Positions 23,908 to 37,151 are shown, counted from the stretch's first letter. The stretch is DNA of 64,000 nucleotides from Octopus sinensis (GCF_006345805.1 NC_042998.1:21762001-21826000); one strand, 5' to 3'. Numbers and translations are program-made. The notes: generated from the sequence alone by a model not told the origin.

Positions 23908-24170
23908 TGGGGGGATGGTGTGGTGGTGGTGGTATAGTAGTAGTAGTAGTGGTGGTGGTGTGGTGGTTAGTAGTGTTAGTGTAGTAGTAGTAGTAGTAGT
24001 AGTAGTTATAGGGTGTGGTGGTGGTAGTAGTAGTAGTAGTGGTGGGGGGGATGGTGGTGGTGGTGGTAGTAGTAGTAGTAGTAGTATGGTGGTGGTGGTG
24101 GTAGTGTTAGTAGTAGTAGTAGTAGTGGTGGTGGTGGTGGTGGTGGTAGTAGTAGTAGTAGTGGGGGGGA

Positions 24171-24204
<34 letters not shown>

Positions 24205-24233
24205 GGTGTGGTGGTGTTGGTAGTGGTAGTGTA

Positions 24234-24313
<80 letters not shown>

Positions 24314-24330
24314 ATGGTGGTGGTGGTTTC
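23865..24330. repeat. (TAG)n/(TGG)n trinucleotide array
   Basis: Read directly; it generates the poly-V/poly-Y/poly-H ORFs in the track. Confidence 0.95.
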
Positions 24331-25409
24331 TTATATTGACACAAATTCCTTTTTGTTTCGTTTTTTCTGTGGGTTTTAGGGGTGTTTTTTTGTGCGTGTT
24401 TGCGTGGGGATTCAGTTGGTCATATCGATTTTTTAGTGTTTGGCTGATATTTCTGCTATCGACCACCGGAAGGATGAAAATTATGGTCTATTACAAAAGT
24501 GGCTTGAACTCTGACAGTTAAAAAATGGTAACTAAAATATCTGCAAGATATTCCCTCAGCCCCACCATCAATATTTTAATGACTCTTGTAGTCCACCAAA
24601 TCATTTATTTACCACAAGGGCAGCGGTGAAGGAGACATTACTTGAATAAATTCATCGCAGAAAAAACGGTTGGGTTATATGAATGATCGAGTCGGGAGCA
24701 AACAGACAAAGGAAATGATAAACATCGGTATAAACCAGCGTTTTTCAACCCTTTTTTATCTACTAAACCTTGAAGCCGAACTTGGGGCGGCATTCAAGCT
24801 GGCTTCTGCGGAGGGCACCTTTGAGGTCTTCGGCGTTACTATTGGGCCGCTTTGCAGCCCTCTACAATTGTGTGATTCTGCAAATATGCTAAGCGCTGAT
24901 GCTGATCATAGTTTAATCAATAAGCATAGGGACGAGGTAAATTCACTAAAAATAAGCACTAGGCTTACAAAGAATAAGTCCTGTGGTCGATTTGCTCGAA
25001 TAAATGCGGTGCTCCAGCATGGCCACAGTCAAATGACTGAAACAAGTAAAAGAGTATAGGGCCCCATTTAAGCAGCCCTTCAGAAATTGAACCTCCTTAC
25101 GATTTTCCCTGGGAGTTCATGGTCTGAAATTCATTGTCATCGTTCTGATTTTGTTGGCCAATACCATGTATTTACTTTAAAATGTTGTAAAATAGGAGTG
25201 TCGGTGGTGCCCCAATTAGGCGGCCCCGTAAAAAAATAGACCTCCTTACGACATTTCCGGGGATTAGGGGAGTTGCTGGTTTGAGTTTCGTTGTTCTTGC
25301 ACAAAGTCTAGGAGGAGTTTACGAACATAAAAAACGTAACAGAGAAACATCACTCAAATTGATATTAAAATGGTCTCCCTTTGATTTCTGTTTTACTTTA
25401 CTGGAGCCT

Positions 25410-25620
25410 ATACTCTTTTACTTGTTTCAGTCATTTGACTGTGGCCATGCTGGAGCACCGCCTTTATTCGAGCAAATCGACCACAGGACTTATTCTTTGT
25501 AAGCCTAGTACTTATTCTATCGGTCTCTTTTGCCGAACCGCTAAGTTACGGGGACGTAAACACACCAGCATCGATTGTCAAGAGATGTTGGGGGGACAAA
25601 CACAGATACACAAATATATA

Positions 25621-25659
<39 letters not shown>

Positions 25660-25861
25660 CATATATATATATATTATATATATATATATATATATACGAC
25701 GGGCTTCTTTTAGTTTCCGTCTACCAAATCCACTCACAAGGTTTTGGTCGGCCCGAGGCTATAGCAGAAGACACTTACCCAGGTGGCCATACAGTGGCGC
25801 CTGAAACCCGGAACCATGTGGTTCGTAAGCAAGCTACTTACCACACAGCCACTCCTACGCC
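25410..25861 (-). mobile_element. SINE family A, full length
   Basis: Matches the family consensus. Confidence 0.9.
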
Positions 25862-25921
25862 TAAATTTTAAAAGAATCCTATTCTATTTTTATAATTAAA
25901 TATTATTAGGGGTTGTATTTA

Positions 25922-26119
25922 CGAGGGGCTGCCGAATAACTCCTGGACTTGGGTAAAAAAATATTCAGGAGGATCAGTTAATTATGATTTTACTCGGCAC
26001 GCACTTATTGCATCGGCCCTTCGGTTTTTCTAAACCCTGCAAAAGAACTCGGTAAGTTGGGCCTCCGACCAGGCATTTTGCGATTGCCTTAAAGCCAGGA
26101 ACTTTTCGGCAACCCCTCG
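25922..26119. mobile_element. Mariner-type MITE (~198 bp)
   Basis: TA|CGAGGGGCTGCCGAATAACTCCTGG vs reverse complement TA|CGAGGGGTTGCCGAAAAGTTCCTGG. Confidence 0.85.
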
Positions 26120-27077
26120 TAAAACAAATTGTTAAAATACTGTGTGTGTTGTATAAGTATAACCCTTTTATTGTATGTAAACTTTAACAACAAAATCTTA
26201 TGTGGTCCTCCAAAGGTTATATGGACCTCGGTTGAGTACCACTAATATAAACGAAAAGGAAATCATACATAAAATAGGAAAGCAGCTACCTAGAAACACC
26301 ACAAACCCTAGACTGCTTCTTACTATCAAGAGCAAAGACGCCTGCCCAGCTTTGTTCTCTATCTTAGAAGCGCATGCGGAGAGTGGGCTCTTTCACTAGG
26401 GGTTATGCTCACACTCATTTTCCAGAAAATCTACTGGAGTTCAGCACTTCGCTTCCCGTTCTCATTTTCTTACCCTAGCAAAACGTGAACGGGGAGCAGT
26501 TGAGATCTTGGTTGAAAAGGAAAATGTTTGCTGATAAGTATGATGGTATTTTTTTTGTTTTTTTTTTAATGCCAAAAGGAGATTTGCAGAAAAAGAACGT
26601 TGGAATTTATAATTAAAAGCTTTTTTTCTGACTGATTAAGTATGGTTTAAATTATTTAAGAGATTCTTGAATTTGCACAACATAAAATGACTGAAGCTGC
26701 CAGTGCTGGTACAGAAATTACTATTAAACATCCTCAGCAGCTGAAATAAAATTTTTGAAAAAAACAGTTGCTGGAGGGAACTCTGCGAGCTATACAATAT
26801 TGATGAAACTGCACGTTTCTGGAAGTGCAAGCTTTTATTTCTCAAGAAGAAAAATCGACACAAGATTTAAAGTTTCCATAAATCATGTGACGCTTCTTCT
26901 CGGAGAAAATGCCACTGGTTATATGAAATCAGACCCCTACAGTGTATCAATCCAAAAATGTAAGGACATTCAAGAGTTACGCAGTGTTTAATCAACCTGG
27001 TACAGAAATTAAAAGGCTTTTTCGAAGAGTGGCTTACAAATTTTTTTTTTTTTTGGTCCTGCTGTTACAAGGAACGT

Positions 27078-27385
27078 GGAGGCGCAATTTCCCAGTAGTT
27101 AGATCAGCGGACTCGCGGTCGGAGGATCGCGGTTTCGATTCCCAGACCGGGTGTTGCGTGTGTTTATTGAGCGAAAACACCTAAAAGCTCCACGAGGCTC
27201 CGGCAGGGGGTGGTAATGACCCCTGTTGTACTCTTTCGCCCCCAACTTTCTCTCATTCTCTCTTCCTGTTTCTTGAGTAACGCTGCGATGGACTGGCGTC
27301 TCGGCCAGCTGGGGCGGGGGGAACACATACGCCACAGAAACCGGGAAACCGGGCCCATGAGCCTGGTTAGGCTTGAAAAGGGCGA
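27078..27385 (+). mobile_element. tRNA-derived SINE family D
   Basis: tRNA-like head ggaggcgcaa...ggactcgcggtc...gtttcgattcc; homologous to 47269 and 60716. Confidence 0.85.
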
Positions 27386-27494
27386 TGTTTTTTTTTTATC
27401 ATTAGAAGGAACAGAGCCAGAGAATATTTCGAACAATGTGTTGCTCCTTTTAGACAACGCATCAAGCAAATTTGTATGAGTATTAGGATGTGAT

Positions 27495-27815
27495 GCGTGG
27501 CTTAGGGTATTCGGCTCGCGATCATAAGGTCGTAAGTTCGATTCCCGGCGGCGCATTGTGTCCTTGAACAGGACGTTTTATTTCACGTTGCTCCAGTTCT
27601 CTCAAATGGCAAAAATGAGTTGTATTTGTAATTCGAAGGGCCAGCCTAGTCACACTCTGTGTCATACTGAATCTCCCTGAGAACTACATTAAGGGTACAC
27701 ATATCAGTGGAGTGCTCAGCCTCTTGTACGTACGTTAATTTCACGAGCAGATTGTTCCGTTGATCGGATCAACTGGAACATTCGTCGTCGCAACCGACGG
27801 AGAGTCAGTTATATT
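27495..27815 (+). mobile_element. SINE family C (Meta/V-like)
   Basis: gtaagttcgattcc...tgtgtccttgaacaggacg...ttgctccag...aaaaatgagt. Confidence 0.75.
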
Positions 27816-27883
27816 TATATTCCCCAAAATGCAAATCCTTTGCTCCCACACATAGCTAACTTCAAGGTATATTATCCTAGAAG

Positions 27884-28097
27884 GCGGCGAGCTGGCAGAA
27901 ACGTTAGCACGCCGGGCGAAATGCGTAGCCGTATTTCGTCTGCCGTTACGTTCTGAGTTCAAATTCCGCCGAGGTCGACTTTGCCTTTCATCCTTTCGGG
28001 GTCGATAAATTAAGTACCAGTTACGTTCTGGGGTCGATATAATCGACTTAATCCGTTTGTCCTCTCTGTGTTTAGCCCCTTGTGGATAGTAAAAAAT
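27884..28097 (+). mobile_element. SINE family B, young full-length copy
   Basis: 19-bp direct repeat AGGTATATTATCCTAGAAG at 27865-27883 and 28098-28116; removing the SINE restores the Tigger frame. Confidence 0.95.
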
Positions 28098-28631
28098 AGG
28101 TATATTATCCTAGAAGACCCCTCAAACAACTTATGAAAACAATTGATAGTTGGAGTAAACCTACGGTTAAAGACTTCTGGAAGAAGTTCAACATTATGGA
28201 TGCTGTGGATAACATTGCTGAGCCATGAGATTATGTGAAGCCTTCCACTCTGAATGTTGCTAGAAAAAATATATGATCAGACTGTATCCGTATCTTTACA
28301 AGCTTTCTACGAGCAGAAAGTCTACATCAGATTCGAAAAGATATTGTGACACTTGCAAATTATATAAGATTTGAAGAAATCATACAGGATGGTGTGTCCG
28401 AATTTATCAAACGAGGAGCCGATGTTGATACAACAAAAGCGAATTGTGAATACAGATGAGAATACAGGAATTCTACCGACTCCACATAAACAGACTGCAA
28501 ATAATTTTGTAATGGATTGGTATTTTTTGAAGAACGTCTACAAGCTCTTGTTGATAACAAGCCGAACCTTGTCTGTAACATAAAAATTACAGGAGTTTAC
28601 AATGAGCAGTTCCTAAATTGAGCTGTACAAA

Positions 28632-29100
28632 TATATTTCTTTATTGCCCACAAGGGGCTAAACACAGAGGGGAGAAACAAGAACGGACAAATGGATTAAG
28701 TCGATTACAGCGGTTAAGGAGATATTACTTGAATGAATTCATCGCAGAAAAAACGGTTGAGTTATATGAATGATCGACTCGGGACCAAACAGACAAAGGA
28801 AATGATAAGCATCGGTATATACCAGCGTTTTTCAACCGGGGCGGCATTCAAGCTGGCTTCTGCGGAGGGCACCTTTGGGATCTTCGGCGCCACTATCGAG
28901 CCGCTTAGCAGCCCTCTACCATTGTGTAGAGGCTAAACATGGAGGGGAGAAACAAGGACGGAGAAATGGATTAAGTCGATTACATCGATCTCAGTGCGTA
29001 ACTGGTACTTAATTTATCGACCCCGAAAGGATGAAGGGCAAAGTCGACCTCGGCGGAATTTGAACCCAGAACGTAACGGCAGACGAAATACGGCTACGCA
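28632..29100 (-). mobile_element. SINE family B pieces flanking a 220-bp unrelated segment
   Basis: Tail at 28632-28708, body at 28931-29100. Confidence 0.8.
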
Positions 29101-29324
29101 AACAGTTTAGGATGAGTCCTTCGTCGCTCAAGCTGATGATGAACTCTAAGATAGAATACTCATTCTCCGAGTATTTCAACCACCACTACCATCCTTCACA
29201 CAGAAGTCAATATCTTTAGTAGTAAGAACGTGCTCTATTCTGATATTACGATTCTTATTTATTCCCTATCGTATTTTTCTTTAAATGTTTATTATATACA
29301 TACAAATTGTATTTTGTATACTTT

Positions 29325-29675
29325 TTTACTTGTTTCAGTCATTTGACTGCGGCCATGCTGGAGCACCGCCTTTTAGTCGAGCAAATCTACCCCACGACTT
29401 ATTCTTTGGAAGCCTAGTACTTATTCTATCGGTCTCAGCATCAGTTGTCAAGCGATGTTGGGGGGGACAAACACAAACACACAAACATATACACACACAC
29501 ATACATATATATACACATATATACGACGGGATTCTTTCAGTTTCCGTCTACGAAATCCACTGACAAGGCTTTGGTCGGCCCGGGGCTATAGCAGAAGACA
29601 CTTGCCCAAGGTGCCACGCAGTGGGACTGAACCCGGAACCATGTGGTTCGTAAGTAAGCTACTTACCACACAGCA
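29325..29675 (-). mobile_element. SINE family A (internally deleted)
   Basis: Matches the family consensus. Confidence 0.85.
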
Positions 29676-29849
29676 TGAAAGTGGTCGTATTGTTGTTTGA
29701 TTGTTGTTTTGTTGCAGTTGTTTCTCGAACAATCAAAAATTTACCCCATCGGAACACATTTGCACTTTATAACATGAGAATCAATGAGAAAAAAATTAAT
29801 TTCGCGTCATTTCGGGATTTTGCGTGACAAGATTGTCAGGAACGTACAC

Positions 29850-29995
29850 AAGCGTAGCTAGGGTATGTACTGCCAGAGGCGGCTCTTACGTTTGCCGCCC
29901 CCGGACCCCACAAAAAACACATATTGCCTACAGCAGGCCCAAAAGTGCCGCCTCTTTAAAAGTGCCGCTCGTATCGCCCCTCCTCCACATCAGCT

Positions 29996-30000
<5 letters not shown>
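29850..30000. mobile_element. Possible hAT-type MITE
   Basis: GCGTAGCT ... AGCTACGC termini with internal gccgccc repeats; no TSD resolved. Confidence 0.35.
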
Positions 30001-30026
<26 letters not shown>

Positions 30027-30325
30027 TAGAGGGTGACCTCAAAAGTGTACACACACTTTGAATGATTGATGATTGTCAATACATTTTTTTATTAAGCTAT
30101 GTCCAATATCCAAAGGCAGAATCTTTTGAATTATTAATGTTACTTTTAATGATAACAATTCTAATTCAGCGATGGCTGATGGAGTAGACGGATGGCATTA
30201 CAAACATTGCGAATCATTTCATTTGGTATTTGCGTGCATTCTTTTACGGTTACTGCCCTCAAATCATTGACTGTTGCTGGTTTTGTGCTAAACTCTTATC
30301 TTCGACGTATCTACATAAAAAAAGT

Positions 30326-30514
30326 CGTGGTAAGTAGCTTGCTTACGAACTACATGGTTCCGGGTTCAATCCCACTGCATGGCACCTTGGACAAGTTTCT
30401 TCTACTAAAGCCTCGGGCCGACCAAGGTCTTATGAGTGGATTTGATAGACGAAAACTAAAAGAAGCCCTTCGTATATATGTATATATGTATATATACATA
30501 TATATATATATGTA

Positions 30515-30565
<51 letters not shown>

Positions 30566-30576
30566 ATACATACATG

Positions 30577-30619
<43 letters not shown>

Positions 30620-30835
30620 ATCTTTGTGTGTCTGTGTTTGTCCCCCCAACATCGCTTGACAACTGAAGCTGGTGTGTTAACGTCCCCGTAACTTAGCAGT
30701 TCGGCAAAAGAACTGATAGAATAAGCACTAGGCTTACAAAGAATAAGTCCTGGGGTCGATTTGTTCGGCTAAAGGCGGTGCTCCAGCATGGCCACAGTCA
30801 AATGACTGAAACAAGTAAAAGTGTAAAAGAGTAAC
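30326..30835 (+). mobile_element. SINE family A, 5'-truncated, inside the Tc3-like transposase
   Basis: Consensus match; it splits the PRSxDxxxxDFF motif. Confidence 0.9.
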
Positions 30836-31426
30836 TGTGAAGTCTAGTGACCGTGGGGGAAATTTAGTACTATCTCTTCGCTTGATCCATTTATTAAGTA
30901 CATTTTCATAAAAATTAGCCCTCAAATTATTTTGGAAGTGAGGAAGTACCCCATCTTCCCGGAAATAAAACTTCAAATTGCTCTTGAATGCGTAACAAGT
31001 TGAGATAGATGGAACCAGTTATTGTGTTTTCAAAAAAGGAATGGTTCGGCTATGCCCAATGCTGATAACGCTGATTACACCCGAGTGTAATCCTTGCTAA
31101 GTTTGTCTATCTGGGTTTCGGCCCTAATATACGGGTTCTGAGATACTCAGTAAGTGCAACTGTGGCGATTAATCAGGTTTTTTTAAAACTTAACTGTGAC
31201 TTCATCACTTCAGATAATCTTATTTGGAAACCGTGCGCTCTCTGCACATTTTGCGCGGAGCTACTCACAAAATACAACTTCAAAATTCGACTCTTCAGGT
31301 CGGAATCATCGTCACTAAGGGGCTGGATTAATGCTGGAATTAAACTTTTCTAATGAACGCGCTTCAAGACACGATGAACCCTCGTTTGAGGTTTTCTGTC
31401 TCACGAGTTGTTCGCCAAACAGATTT

Positions 31427-31864
31427 GGATCTTTTCGGTTTGACCGGCAGTTTTTAAAAATAATTTCCACGTAACTAAACACTTTTAAACTTCGTATACT
31501 GGTAGAATGTGTTTATAAAACATCTTTTTCTCTTGGCTTTATTGAGAAAATTCTATAGTTTGTAAGATATTTGTTGTTCTTTTTTCTTCAATTTCTGCAG
31601 TTTCAACCAATCAATGACGTCTATTGAGGTAAAAAAAACATTCTGTGCCGTATGAATATGTCCCTCGTTTAAGAAACAGATTGGGTTTATTTACATTTCT
31701 GAAGAAAAAAAGATACCCTTCCCCCACCCCTAATCCTAACCCTAGCTCTAACCCTAACCCTAAAACAGATTGAAATACAATAGATCGATACTAGGGTCAT
31801 AATTATGGGTGACAATTTCATATGACACCGCTAGAAAAAACTGCCGTTCAAACCGAACAGATCC
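31427..31864. mobile_element. MITE with 8-bp TSD and internal telomere-like repeats (Merlin/MULE-like)
   Basis: TIR GGATCT(T/G)TTCGGTTTGA(C/A)CGGCAGTTTTT; TSD ACAGATTT at 31419-31426 and 31865-31872; degenerate (CCCTAA)n at 31728-31764. Confidence 0.85.
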
Positions 31865-33004
31865 ACAGATTTTCTTGAAGATCGATGGCGACTTTCCAAC
31901 AGTCCTGCTTCTCGTTTAGGAGTGATGAACGAATATGGTCTTCTAGATCACCATTTATGGAAGAGTTGAGCAGTTCCCTTTGTTTGAAAAATTGTCTCTG
32001 ATGTGAGGAATGGTGAATCGCCTTGGTGGATTTATTTGAAACTCCCTTGTAAACCATCTTTGCATTTCGACTACGTTCTCGCACTTCCGTCAGAACTCCA
32101 AAATAAATTTCCATCTTTTACGAAGCTTGTGCCTTTATTTCAAATCAAATGCACGTTTAAAAAGAACGTTTGAGTGAATTACAAAATTCGAATACATTGG
32201 GGTGTGGGCACCATATGTACATACATACATACATACATACATACATACATAATAATAATAAAAATTCTGTTGATGGTAACAGAAGTATCCATTCTTGAAG
32301 ACAGAATACATAATACACGACTAGCGTACATTCAATACACGCACACACGCACGCTCACACACATAATACATCTATATATATATATATATATAATATAATA
32401 TAATATAATACATCTATATATATATATAATATAATATAATACATCTATATATATATATAATATAATATAATACATCTATATATATATAAATATATTCATG
32501 TATATATACATATGTATGTATAGGTATGTTTATATTAATATACATACATACATACATACATACATACATACATACGTACGTACATACATACATACATACA
32601 TATGTTTATGTGTATATGCGCGTGTGTGCATCATATACACGCGCGTGCATCACACACGTAAGTATTCGCGTGCATGTGCAACGCAGATAAACACACATGC
32701 AACACACACACATATTGGTGAGCAGTGGAAATCCGAGCATAAAGAAAATGCAAGAAGTCTGTAGGCGGTTTCCTACATGAAATGAAAATAGGTGTGAAAA
32801 GGAGTTTCTCTTGAATGGGAAGACGAAGTTAAGCTGAGGGAAAAATATTCGGAGTGAAGGTGTGAGGAGCAAATAGCGTAGGAGTATAAGGTGGAGGTGA
32901 AACAAATAGAGACTACGTGGGTGGAGGTGACATGGTGTGAATTAAGCTTTAGGTGGAGAAGGAGGGGGGGATACGTTGAGAGTGATGTAAGAGGTGGAAG
33001 AGCG

Positions 33005-33820
<816 letters not shown>

Positions 33821-33889
33821 ACTTTATTTAAAGCAGCAGAAAATTCAACAAAATCTGTACTCTGAGTTTCTCGTTGCCGTTCATCAGAC

Positions 33890-33989
33890 NNNNNNNNNNN
33901 NNNNNNNNNNNNNNNNNNNNNNNNNNNNNNNNNNNNNNNNNNNNNNNNNNNNNNNNNNNNNNNNNNNNNNNNNNNNNNNNNNNNNNNNN
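33890..33989. other. Assembly gap (100 N)
   Basis: Run of N. Confidence 1.
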
Positions 33990-34029
33990 ATATATATACA
34001 TATATGTGTGTATATATATATGTGCGCAT

Positions 34030-34250
34030 GTGTGTGTGTGACCACGTTGTGGATCGTTGGCAATTTTTTTTTTCCTCCATCTTCCCTTCCTTGGATCTTT
34101 CCTTTTCCTATGTTTCTGACGAAGAGCTCCGCTCGAAACGTTAAATCCTCCATCTTTCTTTCCTTACCTGAGCATCCAATAACACTATACTTGTTCCACG
34201 TCCTCGTGTTGTTGTGTTTTCTCTTTGTGTTTTCATGTTTAGATTAACTT
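34030..34250 (+). mobile_element. PLE-like terminal repeat fragment (homologue at 42865-43060 on the minus strand)
   Basis: Two homologous copies, both ending at (TA)n and both carrying a CTGAYGA-A-GAGC/GCTC-GAAAC motif. Confidence 0.65.
34112..34146 (+). ncRNA. Minimal hammerhead-like motif (PLE type)
   Basis: GTTT-CTGACGA-A-GAGC-TCC-GCTC-GAAA-C-GTT-AAAT. Confidence 0.55.
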
Positions 34251-34264
34251 TATATATATATATA

Positions 34265-34455
34265 TAGTGAGAATTTGCAAAAAAACAAAAGACGAAGACA
34301 GGTGTGTAAGCAACAAACAGATGTATAGTTTAATGCTTGGGAAGTGAGAAAGTCTTTCATGTTTTGAGCCTATGCTCTTCGACAGTAAGGAACACAAAAA
34401 TAAACAGGGAGAGGAAATAGAAAAAGGTTTAGTGGCTAACAATCTATCATGGCGA
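34265..34455 (-). mobile_element. Second PLE-like terminal fragment (homologue at ~52590-52730 on the plus strand)
   Basis: Shared ctgt(t/c)gaagagcataggctc(g/a)aaac motif and downstream ...gtttgttg; ends at (TA)n. Confidence 0.5.
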
Positions 34456-34955
34456 ATGCTGGACAGAGGGGTCACATAAGAGAGCTCAGAAGAAGGGGTG
34501 ATAATAAAGTAGTGGTGATCCCAAAACGAAGGCGTGCGCACGCATGCATGTGTTTGTATGTGAGAGCGTGTATGTGCCTGTGGAAGGGGGCTGGTGACAT
34601 TGACGTGCATGTGTGTGCATATATATATGAGGATAATTTTATAACTTCGTTAAACCGAGAAGTAATTTCGTTAAACTGAAGAACAAAAATAGGACTGCAG
34701 CTTGGATTTCCTTAATGGATTTTACATTGATGAAGTAAGGGAACATCTTTTGAAACGATCGTAGAGAATCATTTGAATGGATTCTTTTCTGGTTACTACT
34801 TTGCTCGTTATTTTTATATTTTTATATTTATATTTATATCATTTTGTTTTCACTGCCTTAAACTTTTAGTCATTTTTATTGTACATTAATTTAATCCATA
34901 TATTTTTCTTCATTCAACTTCACTCAATTACCCTTTGAGGTTTTATCACCATTTA

Positions 34956-34989
<34 letters not shown>

Positions 34990-34990
<1 letters not shown>

Positions 34991-35395
34991 TCTCTCTTTT
35001 TACTCTTTTACTTGTTTCAGTCATTTGACTGCGGCCATGCTGGAGCACCGCCTTTAGTCGAGCAAATTGACCCCGGGACTTATTCTTTGTAAGCCCAGTA
35101 CTTATTCTATCGGTCTCTTTTGCCGAACCGCTAAGTGACAGGGACGTAAACACACCAGCATTGGTTGTCAAGCAATGCTAGGGGGACAAACACAGACACA
35201 CAAAACAACATACATACATTATATATTATATATATATATATATATACATATATACGACAGGCTTCTTTCAGTTTCCGTCTATACCAAATCCACTCACAAG
35301 GCATTGGTCGACTCAGGGCTATAGCAGAAGACACTTGCCCAAGATGCCATGCAGTGGGACTGAACCCGGAACCATGTGGTTGGTTAGCAAGCTTG
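34990..35395 (-). mobile_element. SINE family A
   Basis: Matches the family consensus. Confidence 0.9.
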
Positions 35396-35640
35396 GGTTT
35401 TACCATTGGGTGCCCTGATGTTTTAATACATATTTATATTTAGTTTATGATAATATGAGAATGTTATAAAGTTGTTTTGACCAATTAGAGTGTTTATTCA
35501 ATTAGAGTGTTTAATTTATTTCTCCTATATATTGGTTCTGTACCAACTTGGAATTAAAGTTTGTCTATACTTACGATTTTTTTCTTTCCTTATACTTCAT
35601 TTATTGTTTTGCACATACTGAATATATATTTTTTTATATG

Positions 35641-35811
35641 TAGGTGTAGGAGTGACTGTGTGGTAAGTAGCTTGCTTACGAACCACATGGTTCTGGGTTC
35701 AGTCCCACTGCATGGCACCTTGGGCAAGTATCTTCTCCTATAGCCTCGGGCAGACCAAAGCATTGTGAGTGGATTTGGTAGACGGAAACTGAAAGAAGCC
35801 CGTCGTGTATA

Positions 35812-35873
<62 letters not shown>

Positions 35874-36400
35874 AGTATATATGTGTGTGTGTGTGTGTGA
35901 GTATATATGTGTGTGTGTGTGAGTATATATGTGTGTGTGTGTGTGTGAGTATATATGTGTGTGTGTGTGTGTGAGTATATATGTGTGTGTGTGTGTGTGA
36001 GTATATTGTGTGTGTGTGTGTGTGTATATATGTGTGTGTGTGTGTGTGAGTATATGTGTGTGTGTGTGTGTGAGTATATATGTGTGTGTGTGTGTGTGTG
36101 AGTATATATGTGTGTGTGTGTGTGAGTATATATATGTGTGTGTGTGTGAGTATATATGTGTGTGTGTGTGTGTGTGTGAGTATATTTGTGTGTCTGTGTT
36201 CGTCCCTCCAACATTGCTTGACAAGCAATGCCGGTGTGTTTACATCCCCGTAACTTAGCTGTTCGGCAAAAGAGACCGATAGAATAAGTACTGGGCTTAC
36301 AAAGAAAACGTCCTGGGGGGTCGGCTTGCTCGACTTAAGGCGGTGCTCCAGCATGGCCACAATCAAATGACTGAAACAAGTAAAAGGGGTAAAAGAGCAA
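35641..36400 (+). mobile_element. SINE family A with central microsatellite expanded to ~370 bp of (GT)nGAGTATATAT units
   Basis: Consensus halves flank the array. Confidence 0.9.
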
Positions 36401-36812
36401 AGAATCCCCAAATAGAGATGAAACTAGTTTGAACAATGTCAAGCGTTTACAGCTGTTGACATTTTATAACAAGACTAAGAAAAGCAAGTAAGCTTTACAT
36501 TAAATTTTCAGATCATCTAGTAAACTCTGTGTAATGCAGCATTAATGAATTATTAAAGAATAACGACCTTTAAATATATATGAACAGAAGGTCATATTGC
36601 ATTATGTGCTACGCCCTTTCCTTATAATGTTGTAGATAAGATATTAAGTATTGACATACAGATTGCAAACATCTTGAAAATTATGGTTCTATTGAGTAAG
36701 ACTTCCTATAAAGTCGTTTAAAGGCTGCTTTGCAAGAAGTAATGATAGCTGTTTATTTTAGGATTTAACTGTGATAAAATCCAGATAGGCACAGGAGTGG
36801 CTGTGTGGTAAG

Positions 36813-36939
36813 TGATTCTATTGGTTTCATTTGCCAAACTGCTAAGTTATGGGGATATAAACACACCAGCACCAGTTGTCAAACGGAGCTGGTGGGGGAC
36901 AAACACAGACATAAACACACACACACACCACACACACAT

Positions 36940-36972
<33 letters not shown>

Positions 36973-37112
36973 AAGGGCTACTTTCAATTTCTGTCTACCA
37001 GATCCACTCACATGTTACAGTAGAAGACACTTGCCCAAGGTGCCACACAGTGGGACTGAACCCAGAACCATATGGTTGGGAAGCAAGCTTCTTACCACAC
37101 AGCTACGTCTGT
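36813..37112 (-). mobile_element. SINE family A (old, 3'-truncated)
   Basis: Matches the family consensus. Confidence 0.75.
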
Positions 37113-37113
37113 G

Positions 37114-37151
<38 letters not shown>

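Larger units (their letters stand above)
26430..28620 (+). mobile_element. Degenerate Tigger/pogo transposon interrupted by three SINEs
   Basis: WFKLFKRFLNLHNIKMTEAASA, YNIDETARFWK, HVTLLLGENATG; after SINE removal IANFKVYYPRRPLKQL...KDFWKKFNIMDAVDNIAE. Ends are approximate. Confidence 0.8.
30030..32215 (-). mobile_element. Degenerate Tc1/mariner-superfamily (Tc3-like) transposon with a nested SINE and MITE
   Basis: KIIxSDE...NRHSCTY...SQNP, FREDGVLPHF...WIKRRDSTKFPPRSLDF, DFF...KPATVNDLRAVTVKECTQIP. Ends are approximate. Confidence 0.75.

Noticed and set aside
23915-24466. Poly-V, poly-Y/H and poly-L/P ORFs
   Set aside because: Products of the (TAG)/(TGG) trinucleotide array.
31728-31764. 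CCCTAA repeats as a true telomere or fusion site
   Set aside because: They are short, degenerate and enclosed within a TIR/TSD-defined MITE.
33855-33889. CTGATGA-A-CG-GCAA-CG-A-GAAACTC on the minus strand
   Set aside because: Stem II is only 2 bp and the upstream arm is lost in the N gap, so it cannot be assessed.
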